64,000 bases of DNA from Trichoplax adhaerens (taxonomy: Eukaryota > Animalia > Placozoa), in contig NW_002060946.1 in NCBI RefSeq assembly GCF_000150275.1, forward strand, positions 5,165,454 to 5,229,453. Direction: 5' to 3'. Made by a program: the position numbers and the translations under genes. The notes below the pieces were generated by a model. It ran no database searches. It was not told the origin of the DNA and worked only from the letters and a program-made list of their open reading frames with translations. Every line of letters begins with the position of its first letter. Position 1 is the stretch's first letter. Positions 25,157 to 38,500 of this stretch are shown here, piece after piece.

Positions 25157-28100
25157 ATGGAATCACGACTAACGCATAAATTGAGTATGGTAGATTTACT
25201 TGCTCAATCCAAGAAAGAAGCTAAGAAAGAAGGCTATGAATCTTCATCAGCCATCATTGAAGCAGCTAATCGTTGGAATTATACAGCTAAAGGTGAGTAG
25301 AGGACGATTGTCGAGGCTATTGATTTTTTAATAACGAGGAAAACTTTAATATTGTTATAGAAATAGTAAGGTCATTGGAATTTCCTTCTTTATTCAGTAA
25401 TCTTTTAATGAGCTATTTCAACCTCAACAACCAAAAAACGATGACTATTTGTTTATTAAAGTAATCAACTCCACCATAGAAAGGTAGAAACAGGGCTTAC
25501 TTAAAAATAACACGATTTAAAATATCGATCCATTCAGGTCATTTCTTCTACAAGCATGCAACTATTTACTAATACTAGTAATAAGTGGATATTAGTATTT
25601 ATCCTTAGTCCGATCGAGCAATACTTTCACATTCATTCTGTCCTATTTTTGACTATTTAATCATTACAGCATAACCATAACATACAATCATTTTGAAGTT
25701 AGGACTACTCCTATTAGACGTGAAAGAATTTTCTACACTTTACAGAAAGTATCACAACTGAAACTAGTCAATAGATTTTATCAAAGTATTTGTATATAAA
25801 GCTGACAAAATTCAAATTTTTAATTGGTAAAAGAATCTAAAGTTTTTATGAGTAAGAAATGGGAAGCTCTACTGTACTTATAGCTATCATTGATGATGTA
25901 ATCCTGTCTCAAATAGTCCATAACTGACGACTATTTCAGGGCTCTAGACTTTGTTTATTATTCTTATATTAACAGCAAGTTTATGATACTGGACTCTGGA
26001 TTATGCAACAATTCTAACCATTATCGACAGGAAAACAAAAATTAAGTAGTGATGCTTATAAATATCATTAGTAATGGAATTCATATTCAAAACTTCCCGC
26101 TAATTAATATCTCAAGGCTGTAAGCTTTGTTAAAAATATCATCAGTGATATAATTCAGTTTTAAAAATCTCTGCTAATTAATATCTCAAGACTCTTAAGC
26201 TCTGTTTATTTTTTCTTAAATTAATAGTAGGTTTATGATACTAGAAGTAGATTACATAACAATCTTATATGGTATTTCATAGATAGAAAAATCTCAAGTG
26301 TTAAATATGTACCACTGATAATATAACCTAGTTTTAAAACGTAATCTACTAATATCTTAAGACTCTCGACTTTGTTTATAATTCCCAAAGTATGTTTATG
26401 ATGTTAAAATTTGATTTGCACAGTAGTTTTTGCACTTAACAGGGAGAAAAATGGAGCTATTCGCATATTTATAAGTCTCTTTAATTTAATACTTGTATTT
26501 CAATTTAAAAAATGCTCCTAACCAATTAGTGTTACTATAACTCCCGAACACCTTGAGTTATACCTATGTTAGGCTTACTTACGACATTGAAATATGTTGT
26601 GCATATCAAACTCGTAATTTATAGTGAGAAAATGAGAATACTAATCTATATTTAATGACTTATAATATCTCTCCCAACTATCATTAACGAAAGATCGAGC
26701 ATCTAGTTCCTACTTGTATGTTAAATTGGGTGAGACTATTATTCGATAATCACAAGAACTGAATTTATAGGAAGAAATAAAGGTATGAATTGCCTCGAAT
26801 AGATTAAATGCAAACTTCAGAAAGATTCCTAACCGATAACTTTAGCAGGAAGACTTGAGACTTAAATACTCAAGTATTAAAAGAAAGGATTAAAAAACAC
26901 TTAATGGACACGTAGAAAAAAGAACCTTAATCTACGGAAAATACAATATCGATATTCACTTTAGTTATAGGAAATTTCCAGACCAAATAGCAGAACTAGC
27001 AAGGCTGATAGTTCATTTCAATATTTGCCTATTAAATCAATAATATTCTAGTTTAGCTTTATACAATCACTTACTGCTTCCTGAGTATGAAGTAAGGTAG
27101 CCAATAGGCAAAGACTCGTTATACCATTCCTCCTACTTTATTTAAACTTTAAGAAGGCCTTAGCTAATTAATATTACTACCCTAACAAACCAAGTTTTAC
27201 TACATCCATATCTTTCTAACTCGGATAATAATAAATATGGAATAAGCAAAACAGGGACTAATTGAAGAACATGAACTTGCTTACCTATCATTCCTTCATA
27301 ATTATGTCGTGGTGATGGAAACGGAACAATTGATGGCATTTAATTTATTATAAGGTACAGTTAACGTGCCATAAAAAGCTCGAGATTGCAATTAAATCTG
27401 GCAGAATTCAATGAAATAAACCGCAAAATGTTACGACCTCATTGAACTATTTTCTCAGAAAAGAACTTATTCGTTAACACTGCTTCTATGGAGAAGAAAT
27501 ATTGCGTTGAAAACATAAAAATAGAGTCATTGGTCGGATTTATAAACATAAATAGTCCATAATATAATCAATTCTCCAAACGTTGGTTTAACTAACTAAA
27601 TTTGTCTTGATTTTATAGTATAGTAATAGAAGTAGCTAGTTTCGTTACTGAATAGAATTAAGATAATGACAGACTGTATTTGATCTCTTTAAATCATTTC
27701 TAGTCATGTCTTCAATATTTGCAGATAAACAGATTCAGCTAGTTTAATTGATCTACCAAGTTTCTTCACAATCCTGATTTGCTGTCTTGCAAAATAATTA
27801 TTCTTTAACCAATAATAATAAATAGCTCAATTTTAAGTATTTCCATAGAATTTAGTTCCATCAGTAAACCATGTATCAATAAAATTACTAAATACCTTCA
27901 CTATAGGCTGTTCATGGTCTAGATCAAATATCTGTTACTATTAAAAGTGGATAGCCATGTCAATTTTTCGATCACATCTCGCTTAATGGAGGCACTTTTA
28001 CTCTTATGCGATTTCTTAGGTTCTGAGCTAAATAGATCTAATTATTCTGACATTGATAGTATCAGAATTGATTATCTTCTTTGCTACATCAACTTGCTGT

Positions 28101-31100
28101 ATCGGCAAAATGATTTTTGCTATTACAGAGCACTGTTTATCTAGTTAATTTCTTGACTGTAATCACCGTTTTCAGCTAAATAGATCTGGCAATAACAATC
28201 TGACAACTCTAGAATAGATAGATCTTATACTAAGTCGATTTAACGTAAAAAATAAAGAACGATTTTTGCTGCATTAAAAATATTGGCAGCCACCTCTGCC
28301 TTAATAGAGATACATTGCTTTGATGGTATTTATATATATACATGCTTTAAGCCTTTTATTATAGCAATAATATCGATAGCATTGAATAGTATTTTTAATA
28401 AATCGACCTGTCATATTGACAAAACACGACTTGACCATAATACTTTACTAGTTATTCTTTTCGGCTAAGTAAATGTGATAGTTGGACCTGAAATGGTATC
28501 GATGAAATTAATTCTTAACTGCATAGCCTAGTGATGAGAATAAAACAAAAGTTTTCTACTATTAAATATTGGATTCATTTTTTTAACACTGTATCACCAA
28601 ATAGTAATTATTTTCGACATCTAATTATTGAAGGGTAATCATATGCTAAATAAATCTTTGCTAATAACACAAGATTTTTAATATCGAGCATTACCCGTTA
28701 AATCAAATCCTTAATTGTGCATGGTTTCTCTTGATAAAAATTACTTTACATGATTTCTAACCAAACAGACCAATGCTACTAACACAAGATATTTAATATT
28801 GAGTCTTATCTGTTAACTAGAATCCATAATTGTCCATGGCATTCTTAATAAAGTTCATTTTCTGTGATTTTCAACCAAACAGATTTACTTTTGGAATAAA
28901 AACATTAAAAAGCTAGAGCTCATTTATAGGATTCAAATTACTGCTCTAATAAAATAGTAAATCTAAGGTAGACAAGAATAATTTGATTTTTAGAATATTT
29001 TCACTGTAATCAACTAGGTAGTCATTATGAAACTATCCAACCCAGTCGATTAATTTTGAATGTTATTAAGTACAGGCTGACTTGCATTGCGCTTGTAGCA
29101 TACAACTATTCTGCAGCCTACTGTCGTATGCAAAAATTTATCTTTCTAATGATTGCATAAATATTTCATGATTATTTTGTAAGATACGCGTAGGCATAAA
29201 TATCTTAATGTGTATCTAAGACAAATATATGTGCGCCATAAAATTTAAATCTGAAGAAAACGTCAGCGGACATTAACAGCTTTTATTACAATTTATTGGG
29301 AGTCTAATATCAATAGAGGAAACTCGCATTACATACAACTGGCAAAACATCTTCTCGCATCTTACCCGTAGCTATAGCTTCTTAATTAGTACAGTAGAAA
29401 CTTCTACTAACTCTATTGTGTGATATATTAATTTCATCTACATTTCCAAATGTGGCATGGATACCAACTGATTACGTTATTCATATATTTTCACTTGACA
29501 ACTTTATTATAATCATCATGATCGATAAGGTATCTCTACTAATATAGGATTTCCTAAACTAATATCAATAGCTATTGCAGTTAGTTAATCTCGCTAGCAT
29601 TACAATGTGTCACTATATAGTACAGATGCCATTCATTTTATGTGCACATTTATATATTAAAGCTGAAAATTTAACAATTTTTCTTATGATACTGTGATGA
29701 TACTAGGACCATCCCGTTGGAACGATTACTTTCCTGCTGCCAAAGGCAATAGACAATCTCCCATTAATATAAATGTAGATAACCAGCATTGTGATGGAGA
29801 TTTAAAGGAAGATCCACTCGATATTCGATATATTCACAGCCGAACAAACGCAATCAAGAATACTGGCAATACTATTCGAATTTCATTTAGTCCCGGATCA
29901 AGTAAGCTTTAAAGAAAACTGTCTTATAGCACAACCATTTTATGTTTAAAAATGTAGCGCCAAAATAAATGCTAACTAATGATATTGCAGTACCTTAAGG
30001 ATGATTCTTAAAGTTGAATATGGAGAATAAAATTGCCTACAACAGAATACTAAGATACATTCTTCTAATGTAAAATTATTATGAGTGTAATGTACAGTAA
30101 AGAATCATCCATGCCAAGATTTGATAATAATGATCCTCTAATGCAAAGACTATGAAGTAAATCTAACCTGTATTAGATGATCAAGGTATATTGCTCCTAA
30201 TAAAAAACGATCACCAGTGCAGTGTGGAAACCATTGATTTCAAGACACTGATGATAGCAATTCTCTAGTCCAAGTACTGGGAGTAGATCTGTCTAACGTC
30301 AGATGATCATGATACTTTATTTCACACAAATTCATAATAGATCTAACTTAGGAAATTGTATGCTATTTCACATAGTAAAAAATCTTATTTATCCATAATT
30401 GGAGTTATAAGATGACTAGGTAAAGATGATCTTCCACATCCATATTAAGAGATAGAATGATTTCATTTGAATACTTAATGCTATGGAATCATCTAATTTT
30501 ATTTTTCAATTATAATTACTTACTTTTACATTACTATGCATATCAAGTATCTAGACTGATCTTGTTATATCCATAATTTTGACCGTTCATTTATTAGCCA
30601 TTCAAGGAGGGCCATTAGAACATCAATATGAATTACTACATTGCTCGTTTCATTGGGGTAAAACAAACAGCCGTGGTTCTGAACATACAGTTATTGGCAA
30701 GCAATTTCCTATGGAAGTCAGTATGAAATAATCTCTCATGAATTAGCTATGCTTTTCATTAGATTCAATTTCGAACTCAATGATGAGAAATAATAATAAA
30801 AAATGAGAAAAGAAACATGGCCGATACCCCTAATCGTGTTATTATAGAGAATTAGGAGCTATTATACCTTCGGAAAATGAGCCAGCTTTTATTTCAATTA
30901 CTAATTAAACACATGCTATTTTCGTCGTCGGATGCTAGGTCCAACTTCTGCATTGGAACACAAGTTTATATAAGCAGGCTGAAGATGCTATGACAGCTCC
31001 ACAAGGTCTTGCAATCATGGCAGCTTTTATTCAGGTAAATTAAGCAATCAACGCCGATTTGTATAACTTGACATGAAGTTAAGAACAAATTAGGCATAAA

Positions 31101-33250
31101 AAATAAAATATTAATATCTTTCCCTAAATCGCTCTAAATTTTGCCAACTGGTTGCTTTCCAATAGACGGAGTTGAGTACCTACATTTACAGTATAAGTAC
31201 ATTAATTTATAGTAAAGAAATTCAAGATATCAAATTTTTCTTCTTAATCGTCTCTACAATATGCTTTAAAAGTAATCGCTACATATTCTGATCTTAAAGT
31301 TTGTCAAACCAATGAATAGGCATAAACGAGAAAGATCAAATTTTAATTTATATTACTCAAGAGAGGAAATTTGTCTAGCAATTACTAGTTTGTTATAAAG
31401 TTAATAGTATTATCATGTGTAAATATCATTAAGTAGAAATTTTAATTTAGATAGGACAGGAAAACCCTGATTTAAAGGCTATTACTGATGTTATTACTGA
31501 AGTCAGGTATAAGGTAAGCAGACAGTGTTAGTATCTTATCTCTCAATAAAACTAATTTTATATCGTAACAGCTATTATATTAGTATTAGTGAATAAAGTT
31601 TTGCAGCTATTGCTAAAGGTGTTAAACCGCTTTTAATGTCTAAAATTAATTCTAGCCTTAAATCAGAGTCGTTTATGCATCTTCTTGGTCTCATTCAATC
31701 TTTCATAATTATTACACTTAATTTCTTTCAGGACGATATCCGTGAAATGCGCCTTCCATTCAATCCAATTCATTTGGTTCCTCGTGAAGGTTAGCAAACT
31801 ATCAGTAATCATCAGGAAAAATATCGATAACATAATTTCCTATAATTTCCATACGCAATTTTTCTGCAGTTTTAATTGCCGTCATAGGCACTCCATTATA
31901 ACAATAACAGCAGAAATTTAACTTGTAAGCTCCAATATGTCTCTATCCATAATACACAATTAATTCTCCTTATTTGCACATCCGCAATGGAATCAGCGGT
32001 AATACATTAGCTTTGATATTAAACTAATACCTAAATTTGAGCTACCAAGAGAAGAGAGTATGATATTATTTTTGATACAAGTATCATGGCAATCAAGCAC
32101 AGATATTAAAGTTATCACTACTAAGTGAAGAAAGTACAAAATAGCGAGTTGCTTTTACGAAAGTTATCTAATGGCTACTAAATGAGAAAAATCCTAGCTA
32201 AAAGCATCGTGATAATTAAGCTAGGATATTAAATTTATTACTGCTAAGTAAAGAAAGTGCAAAATAGCGATGTAGCTTTAACGGGAACTATCTAATGCCT
32301 ATTAAATGAGATAGATCTTAGCGATATCTTCTTGTACCGTAATTAATTTGTACTACTTGAAGAAGATCAAAGCAGAACTATAATATGATAAGAGCTACAT
32401 TTTTCAAGCGTAGATATTAAGCTAATCCTCACTAATTCACTAATTGAGTAATTTGGAAGCAGTGGTATCATGCTATTAAAGCTATTTGTAAACTACTTTA
32501 TCTTGCTTAAGGCAGCCTTATAAATCATATAGTAAATCATATCTTATACAGGCATACGTGATTATTGGACTTACGATGGCTCGCTTACTATTCCACCTTG
32601 CACTGAAAACGTAACATGGATAATATTTCGGTATCCACTTTCGATATCTGAAAGTCAGGTTTGACTTTGGAATACACCAAACGCAACATTAACGATTATA
32701 ACAACTGGCAAAATATAACTGAAAATTTATTCTTGATATAATTTTTATGATATGAGAGTAGTCTTATGCCCGCATACGATTGATTTTTAAGATAAAGATT
32801 AATTCAATCATTAAAAACATAGCTACATTATTGCTCTTTTAATAGATTCAAGGATATCGATCATTGCGAGCTTTCTTTCGTCAAGACCGACAAGACGTTG
32901 CCAGCCGCGAAGGCGCACTTTTTGATAACTTTCGACCTGTTCAATCAATGAATAACCGCCCATTAAGAGCTTCTTTCGAAATTGATGTCTTTTCAGGCCT
33001 ATTAAAGAATATTCCTCAATGGAAATTGGGGAATGTGATTCCTAAAGATTCAAGTGATTCTAAGCTGCAAGACCAGAATGAATCAAAACATGAGAATGGC
33101 AGTGCAGGCGATAGAAGATCCACCATATCTGACGATGGCTCATTTAAATCTTTAATATCATCAGCTAATAATTATACTCAAGAAATTCCTATTACAGCTT
33201 CAAATAATCAAACTAATCGCCAGTTTCCTCTTCATACTGTAAAAGAATAG
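25157..33250 (+). CDS. CA8: Carbonic anhydrase-related protein, CA8 (CARP VIII)-like, predicted catalytically inactive; 8 exons
   Basis: Exons 25157-25292, 29707-29901, 30598-30716, 30939-31034, 31451-31513, 31732-31789, 32552-32658, 32846-33250 with consistent phases. Alpha-CA motifs [65 protein letters not shown] closely resembles human CA8. No signal peptide. Zn ligands read S-F-H and EVQLLHWN. Confidence 0.88.
25940..26700. repeat. Degenerate tandem repeat array in CA8 intron 1
   Basis: Recurring gtttatgat(ac)t block at ~25979, 26232, 26394 and (degenerate) 26578; gctaattaatatctcaag at ~26099 and ~26173. Confidence 0.6.
28660..28885. repeat. Tandem duplication, ~115 bp unit, in CA8 intron 1
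   Basis: taacacaagat..taatat.gag..tta....tta..aatcc.taattgt.catgg...aaccaaacaga occurs twice (~28661, ~28776). Confidence 0.8.
32100..32440. repeat. Tandem duplication, ~124 bp unit (two copies plus a partial), in CA8 intron 6
   Basis: gatattaaa.ttat.act.ctaagt.aagaaagt.caaaatagcga at ~32102 and ~32226; partial copy at ~32413. Confidence 0.75.
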
Positions 33251-34699
33251 CTCTATATATTTTCGCCGTTGCAAATAGATTCCAAAGTACGTATAATATA
33301 GATTAAGAGCAAAAAAGCCCAAGGATTCTTCAAAGTTACCCAAAAAATACCTATAATTGCTGCAAATCTGAATCATCCGATTCAGATTGGAATTTAGCTC
33401 TCGTCAGCTTTTAAGAGTACAAGAGTTACCTTTACGTAACATTTGATTTAGAATCAGCAATACCGTTTGAAGAATCGATTAAATATCCAAGTACTAAAGA
33501 AGTAATGGTTAGTATTTCTGTATTTTGATACTATTCAGCAAGGGGAAACAAACCTAATTCCTAATCTTACTCCATCAATGCTGAGTTTACTTTAACTCAA
33601 AAATCGGTTGTAAAGGATAAGTTTTAAGGTAACATAATGCTTGTACACGAATTATAATTAATCACAACAGCTACCTATCATACTTTAATATTAATTGTAT
33701 AAAATTTATATATTAAAGAGCATTAAACTTTATACACGAGTTGAACCACTATTTAGTTTCATGTTCCTTTTCACTCAATTAGTTAAAATGTATTTATTTC
33801 CAAAATGGCCAGCCAGTGCTGAAGAATGAGTTTTTAATAAGGATGTTAATTACTAATTTATTATAGCAGCAAGATCGATGTGATTACTTAGTCTAGTTCA
33901 TTATATTCCTAACGACTTCTCAAAAATATTTTTTTGATATCTACATAAAGAAATCGTTATCAAGCACTAAATCACCCTTATTTTGAATGCATCATATCAT
34001 AGTAAATGTCTACATGAATTGCTTTCTGATTACAACAATTGGAATAATAACTGTGTATGCAAATTTTTTTTACGAAATGTAGCGGCAACAAACTTGCAAT
34101 AGATAGCATAAATTCTAATAAATATCGTTATAACATTCTCTCTAAATAAAGAATCGATGAAATAGCCTATAAAACAATTGAATATCAGTTATTTCTGGTA
34201 GAAGATATTGATCTTATCCCAGTTTCTGAAATGTTCAGCATATATTACTTTCGCTCTCCAGCCTCTATAAATTAATAATCCACTACAGTATTTGTTTTAT
34301 CATTTGATGAGGTCCAGTGGCCTTAAAGATTATCAAATATATTACATTTCCTGGCACATAGGTTACAACATCCAGAAATTGGGTAATAGCCACTCGTCAT
34401 TTCTTAACGCTAATACATTTCAGTCTTATTGTGTTTTTAAAGCTTTTATGATCTTAAAATTGGATAAATATTACCGCCTATTTGCCATGGATTCTATCAA
34501 CTATAGGATTCTAAGGATAGTTTTGCTTATTAAGCAAAGTAATTGGCATTAGTTTGCAATAGATAAGATAATCAAAGATGTGCGGCTAACGGCATGTTTC
34601 TTTTATTACACAGTTAGCATGTATTTCTGTACTAGTATGCTTTATTCCATGAATATTTCCTCTATTCGTTATTTGAGTTGATTTAAAATAGCAAATAGA

Positions 34700-35510
34700 A
34701 AACAGATGAGTTTACAAAAACTCAAAGTAGCCATAGTTGGAGTAGCAGATAGTATCAATCCATTCTGGCAAGAGCCCTCTTAAACGAATGGGTAATTTCA
34801 GTATTCTATATGAACTCATTAAAATCGATACAGGTGTTTCGTTTATGGCCTACATGATTCCTTTAATATGAACGCGTAAAGTTATAAAGACTCAAAGTAG
34901 TAAAGCTACCAAAATACTCTTGCATCAATACATTGTGGTAGGGATACGCTCCAAAGGAATGGCTAATTCAAAGTATCCCATAAACGCAATAAAATTGGCA
35001 TAGGTCAAGAATGACATGATTCCTTCCCTGTAGATGCGTTAAGCCATATAGACTCAATATGGTGTTGTAACCAAATTACTGTCGTAGTAATGTATCGAGG
35101 TAAGAATTCTCAATGTTAATGACTGATTCAAAATACTCCATTAACTGATTTAAATCGATACAGGTCAAAACTTGAGTGATTCCTTCGATATAAACCCGTA
35201 AAGCTATAAAGACTCAAAGCAGCAAAATAAGTCAAAAGTATCCATCTATCATGGTGAGAATCCTCTCGAAATAGCAAATTTAATATGTTGCATGAACTCA
35301 TTAAATTCGATACTAGTGTTCCTATAATAGCCTTAATTTTTCCTTGAATAGGAAAACATAAAGTTATAAAGACTCAAAATAGCAATCTAAGCAAAACAGC
35401 ATATGTCCATCATAGCGAGAATCCTCTCAACATCAATGACTGTCTCAATATGTCTCATGATCCCATTAGAATGGATACAGATGTTTCCAGAATGACTTAA
35501 AGGACTCCTT
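34700..35510. repeat. Degenerate tandem array, 5 units of ~160-170 bp
   Basis: Anchor (ga)ctcaa at 34721, 34891, 35053, 35213, 35373; shared aa.cctctc, gatacagg and tgattcctt blocks. Confidence 0.85.
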
Positions 35511-38500
35511 TGAACTTATTCTCTACGTCTGATTTATTAATTACGACAGCTTTTCCAAATCAAATTAGCTTCTTAATAGGATTGTTGAACTGATTTAAAC
35601 TCTCATACTTCATGAAAGGGTCATATTATTGTCTAATGTTGTACAATATGCATTTCCCAGATCATCAATCATGTCTACTGTGGTTCATTCTTTCCAGACT
35701 TAACTTCAAACTTGTCAATCTCTTTGCCTAATGACAAACGTAAAAGTATTGCTTCTTAATTTATGTCGACAATAATACGGCAATAAATGTTATTTCCTGC
35801 TGCTAATAAAATAGATTTGACAATGGTGATGAAGAGGATAATCAATTTGTAGAAACTACTATTTTTTCTTGCCTAGCTTAAATAACGTTGAAAGAATGTA
35901 CTCAAAAAGCTGCTATATTTAAACCGAAATCGATTGAAACGGTGATAATAATCATTAAAATTAAAAACAGCAATATGAATAGTGAATAATATTTTATAAT
36001 AAGCATGGAAGAAATATCATCTCTCAAAGTTGTTAATTGTTTTAGAGCTAAAGAGAACTCTTTCGAAACATTCTAATTATGGATTTATTTTCGTAATTAT
36101 AATTGAAAGTTGAAGCCCTATTAATAAACTACAAAACATTCTGGAATTGATGTAGAAAAGTTCTGCTGGCCATAGGTAAAAATAAACATAAAATAAAAGA
36201 AAATGCCCTGGAGAGTAAAGGATTTCATCAAATTCCGTATTCTAGCAAATATCAATAGCTGCCATCACTGATGTCGACGGTAATGCCGGTCAATGATCGG
36301 ATAATGACATCAAAATTTAGTTACTAAGTATCAATATAGGATTAAAACATAACCAGTTTAAGCAATAAATCAATGTAAACGGTTATGAAATACTCGTATT
36401 TCCATCTTCTCCCTTAATAGGATAGACCGTTTCTGCTACTAGCAGTAAAAGTGTCAATATGGAATAGAAAAAAGAAATCATTCTTAACATTTAGCATGTT
36501 TTACTAGCCTGCCTATTTGCCTTTAGCGTACCTAGTATGCGTTAATCAAATGTAAACATTGATCTAGTACTTATTTCTATCATAAGACCTTAAAGGAAGA
36601 TCATCTAGTCTATCGTCCATGTTGATCAGACATTCTATTAGCATATTTTATTCTCCTCAGAGAATACTTGCATTATATCATTATAGATGATTGGCAATAC
36701 TATCATGCAAGTAGGTTATTTGACAAGAGGAATGTTTTCCTTTTTCAAAGTAAACCTCTTATTATGATTGCGTTTACCTCCTCTATCACAACATAATTAA
36801 CATACCGACCAGACAAATTAGACATTTCGATTTTTTTTGTGTCTGGTTTTGGATTGACATAAGTGTTAATAGACATGATGGAAAAAGAATGAGTGTCTGA
36901 TCTGATTGATAATAATATTGCCGAAAGGAGTGATTATAATCATGTCGGTCTGGAAATTGGGTAACACCTAAATTCTATTGTCTCGTTATTAAAAAGAATC
37001 AATTTCCCGGACGTGTGAGCCTTGAAAGCAATTTCCCCCTACAACCTCATACTCCCCACCTCTTCAACCTCCTTGTTGCGTACAAACTATTTCTTCAATA
37101 TTATGTTATGCAATCTCGACCAAGTTTATTGAAAAATTTTAAAATAGCAATATCATTTCCAGCCCCAAACAGTAGCTAGGCCATGGAAGCTTGTTGTTAT
37201 TCAGTAGCTCTAGCTGTGCTAGTTTTAGCAGTGATCTTTTATAGCCCTAAATTGCAGCGCTTTCTATGATCAATTTTTATCGATTCGATCTGCTACCAGA
37301 GGGAGTTTTATCCTATAATCATGATTGAAATAATTCTATACAACATTTCTAGCCTATAGGATATCATCATTAGCCTATGAATTTAAATAATTCTATAGCA
37401 TTGATTGAAAACGTTAAGTAGAAATGTTTGAGATTTTCCTGTAAGATCTTTTCAAGTAACATAAGAATAATTGAGTTGCTTATTTTTTCTCAAGTTATTT
37501 TGTAGCTAGCTCAAGTATAAAACTAATGAATTCTACGCGAACAGTCAGCATTAAAGTTGGAGGATAATTCGTTTATGAAACGTGAAAGTGGGAATAATTT
37601 TAATTTTAATGCTATCATTTCGGAAATTGTATTAAATTTAGTTGAGTTTTGGCGTTAGATAGTTTTATGATTGGTCAATCAAAAAAGATTTCGAATTAGA
37701 GGCTATAGATGTTGAGAGCTAGAATGGTTGTCCATTGATGCCTTATATGATCATCATGATCCTAGCACATAACATTTTAAAACGAGAAATATTTTCTTTA
37801 AGATTACAAATAAAATCCTCTTGGATGATAGGGCCTATCTATGAAAAGTACCTTTAATAATGGTTACTCCATGATTGAATACCCTATTTTTCACATTGCG
37901 TCAAAGCTACGTGAGTTATTGGAATAAATTATTTTAATCTACATAATATGAGTTAGATAGGATGTTGAATTCTTGAAGAATATTTTTCGTAAATGCTTCC
38001 TATAGCCATCATTATATCCACTGTTATTGTGCTTCATAGCAAAGAGTACAAGATACCTTACTAGATATAACCAAAACTTAAATTAGACCTTAAAACTATT
38101 ATTCCTAGGCGTTTTTACCTACATACGATTTCTACTTCATTTAGGTATAGCCTCTATCTAACCGAGTTAAGTAGAAATAAAAGTAAAATAATCCCACCCA
38201 AGATAGTAAAACTTTGATAGAATGACACCCTTTCACGGATTCCATAAGATGGCCTCGACAGTCAGCCGCTATGGGTACATAATTGATCTAGTTACTTCCA
38301 GCTTTAAGATTGATTTCATTGTGGACTGTTAACCTGAGAAAAATTATCCTCTTGATTCATACTAATATAACTATTTACAGATATAAGCGATCTAAGAGTA
38401 CGATTGCAATCTTACTCTACATACTAAAAAATCTTCCAAATCGCGGGAATTAGATTATTCATTTATTTGAGAATTACTGGTAGCTAATATTTAGTCAACT

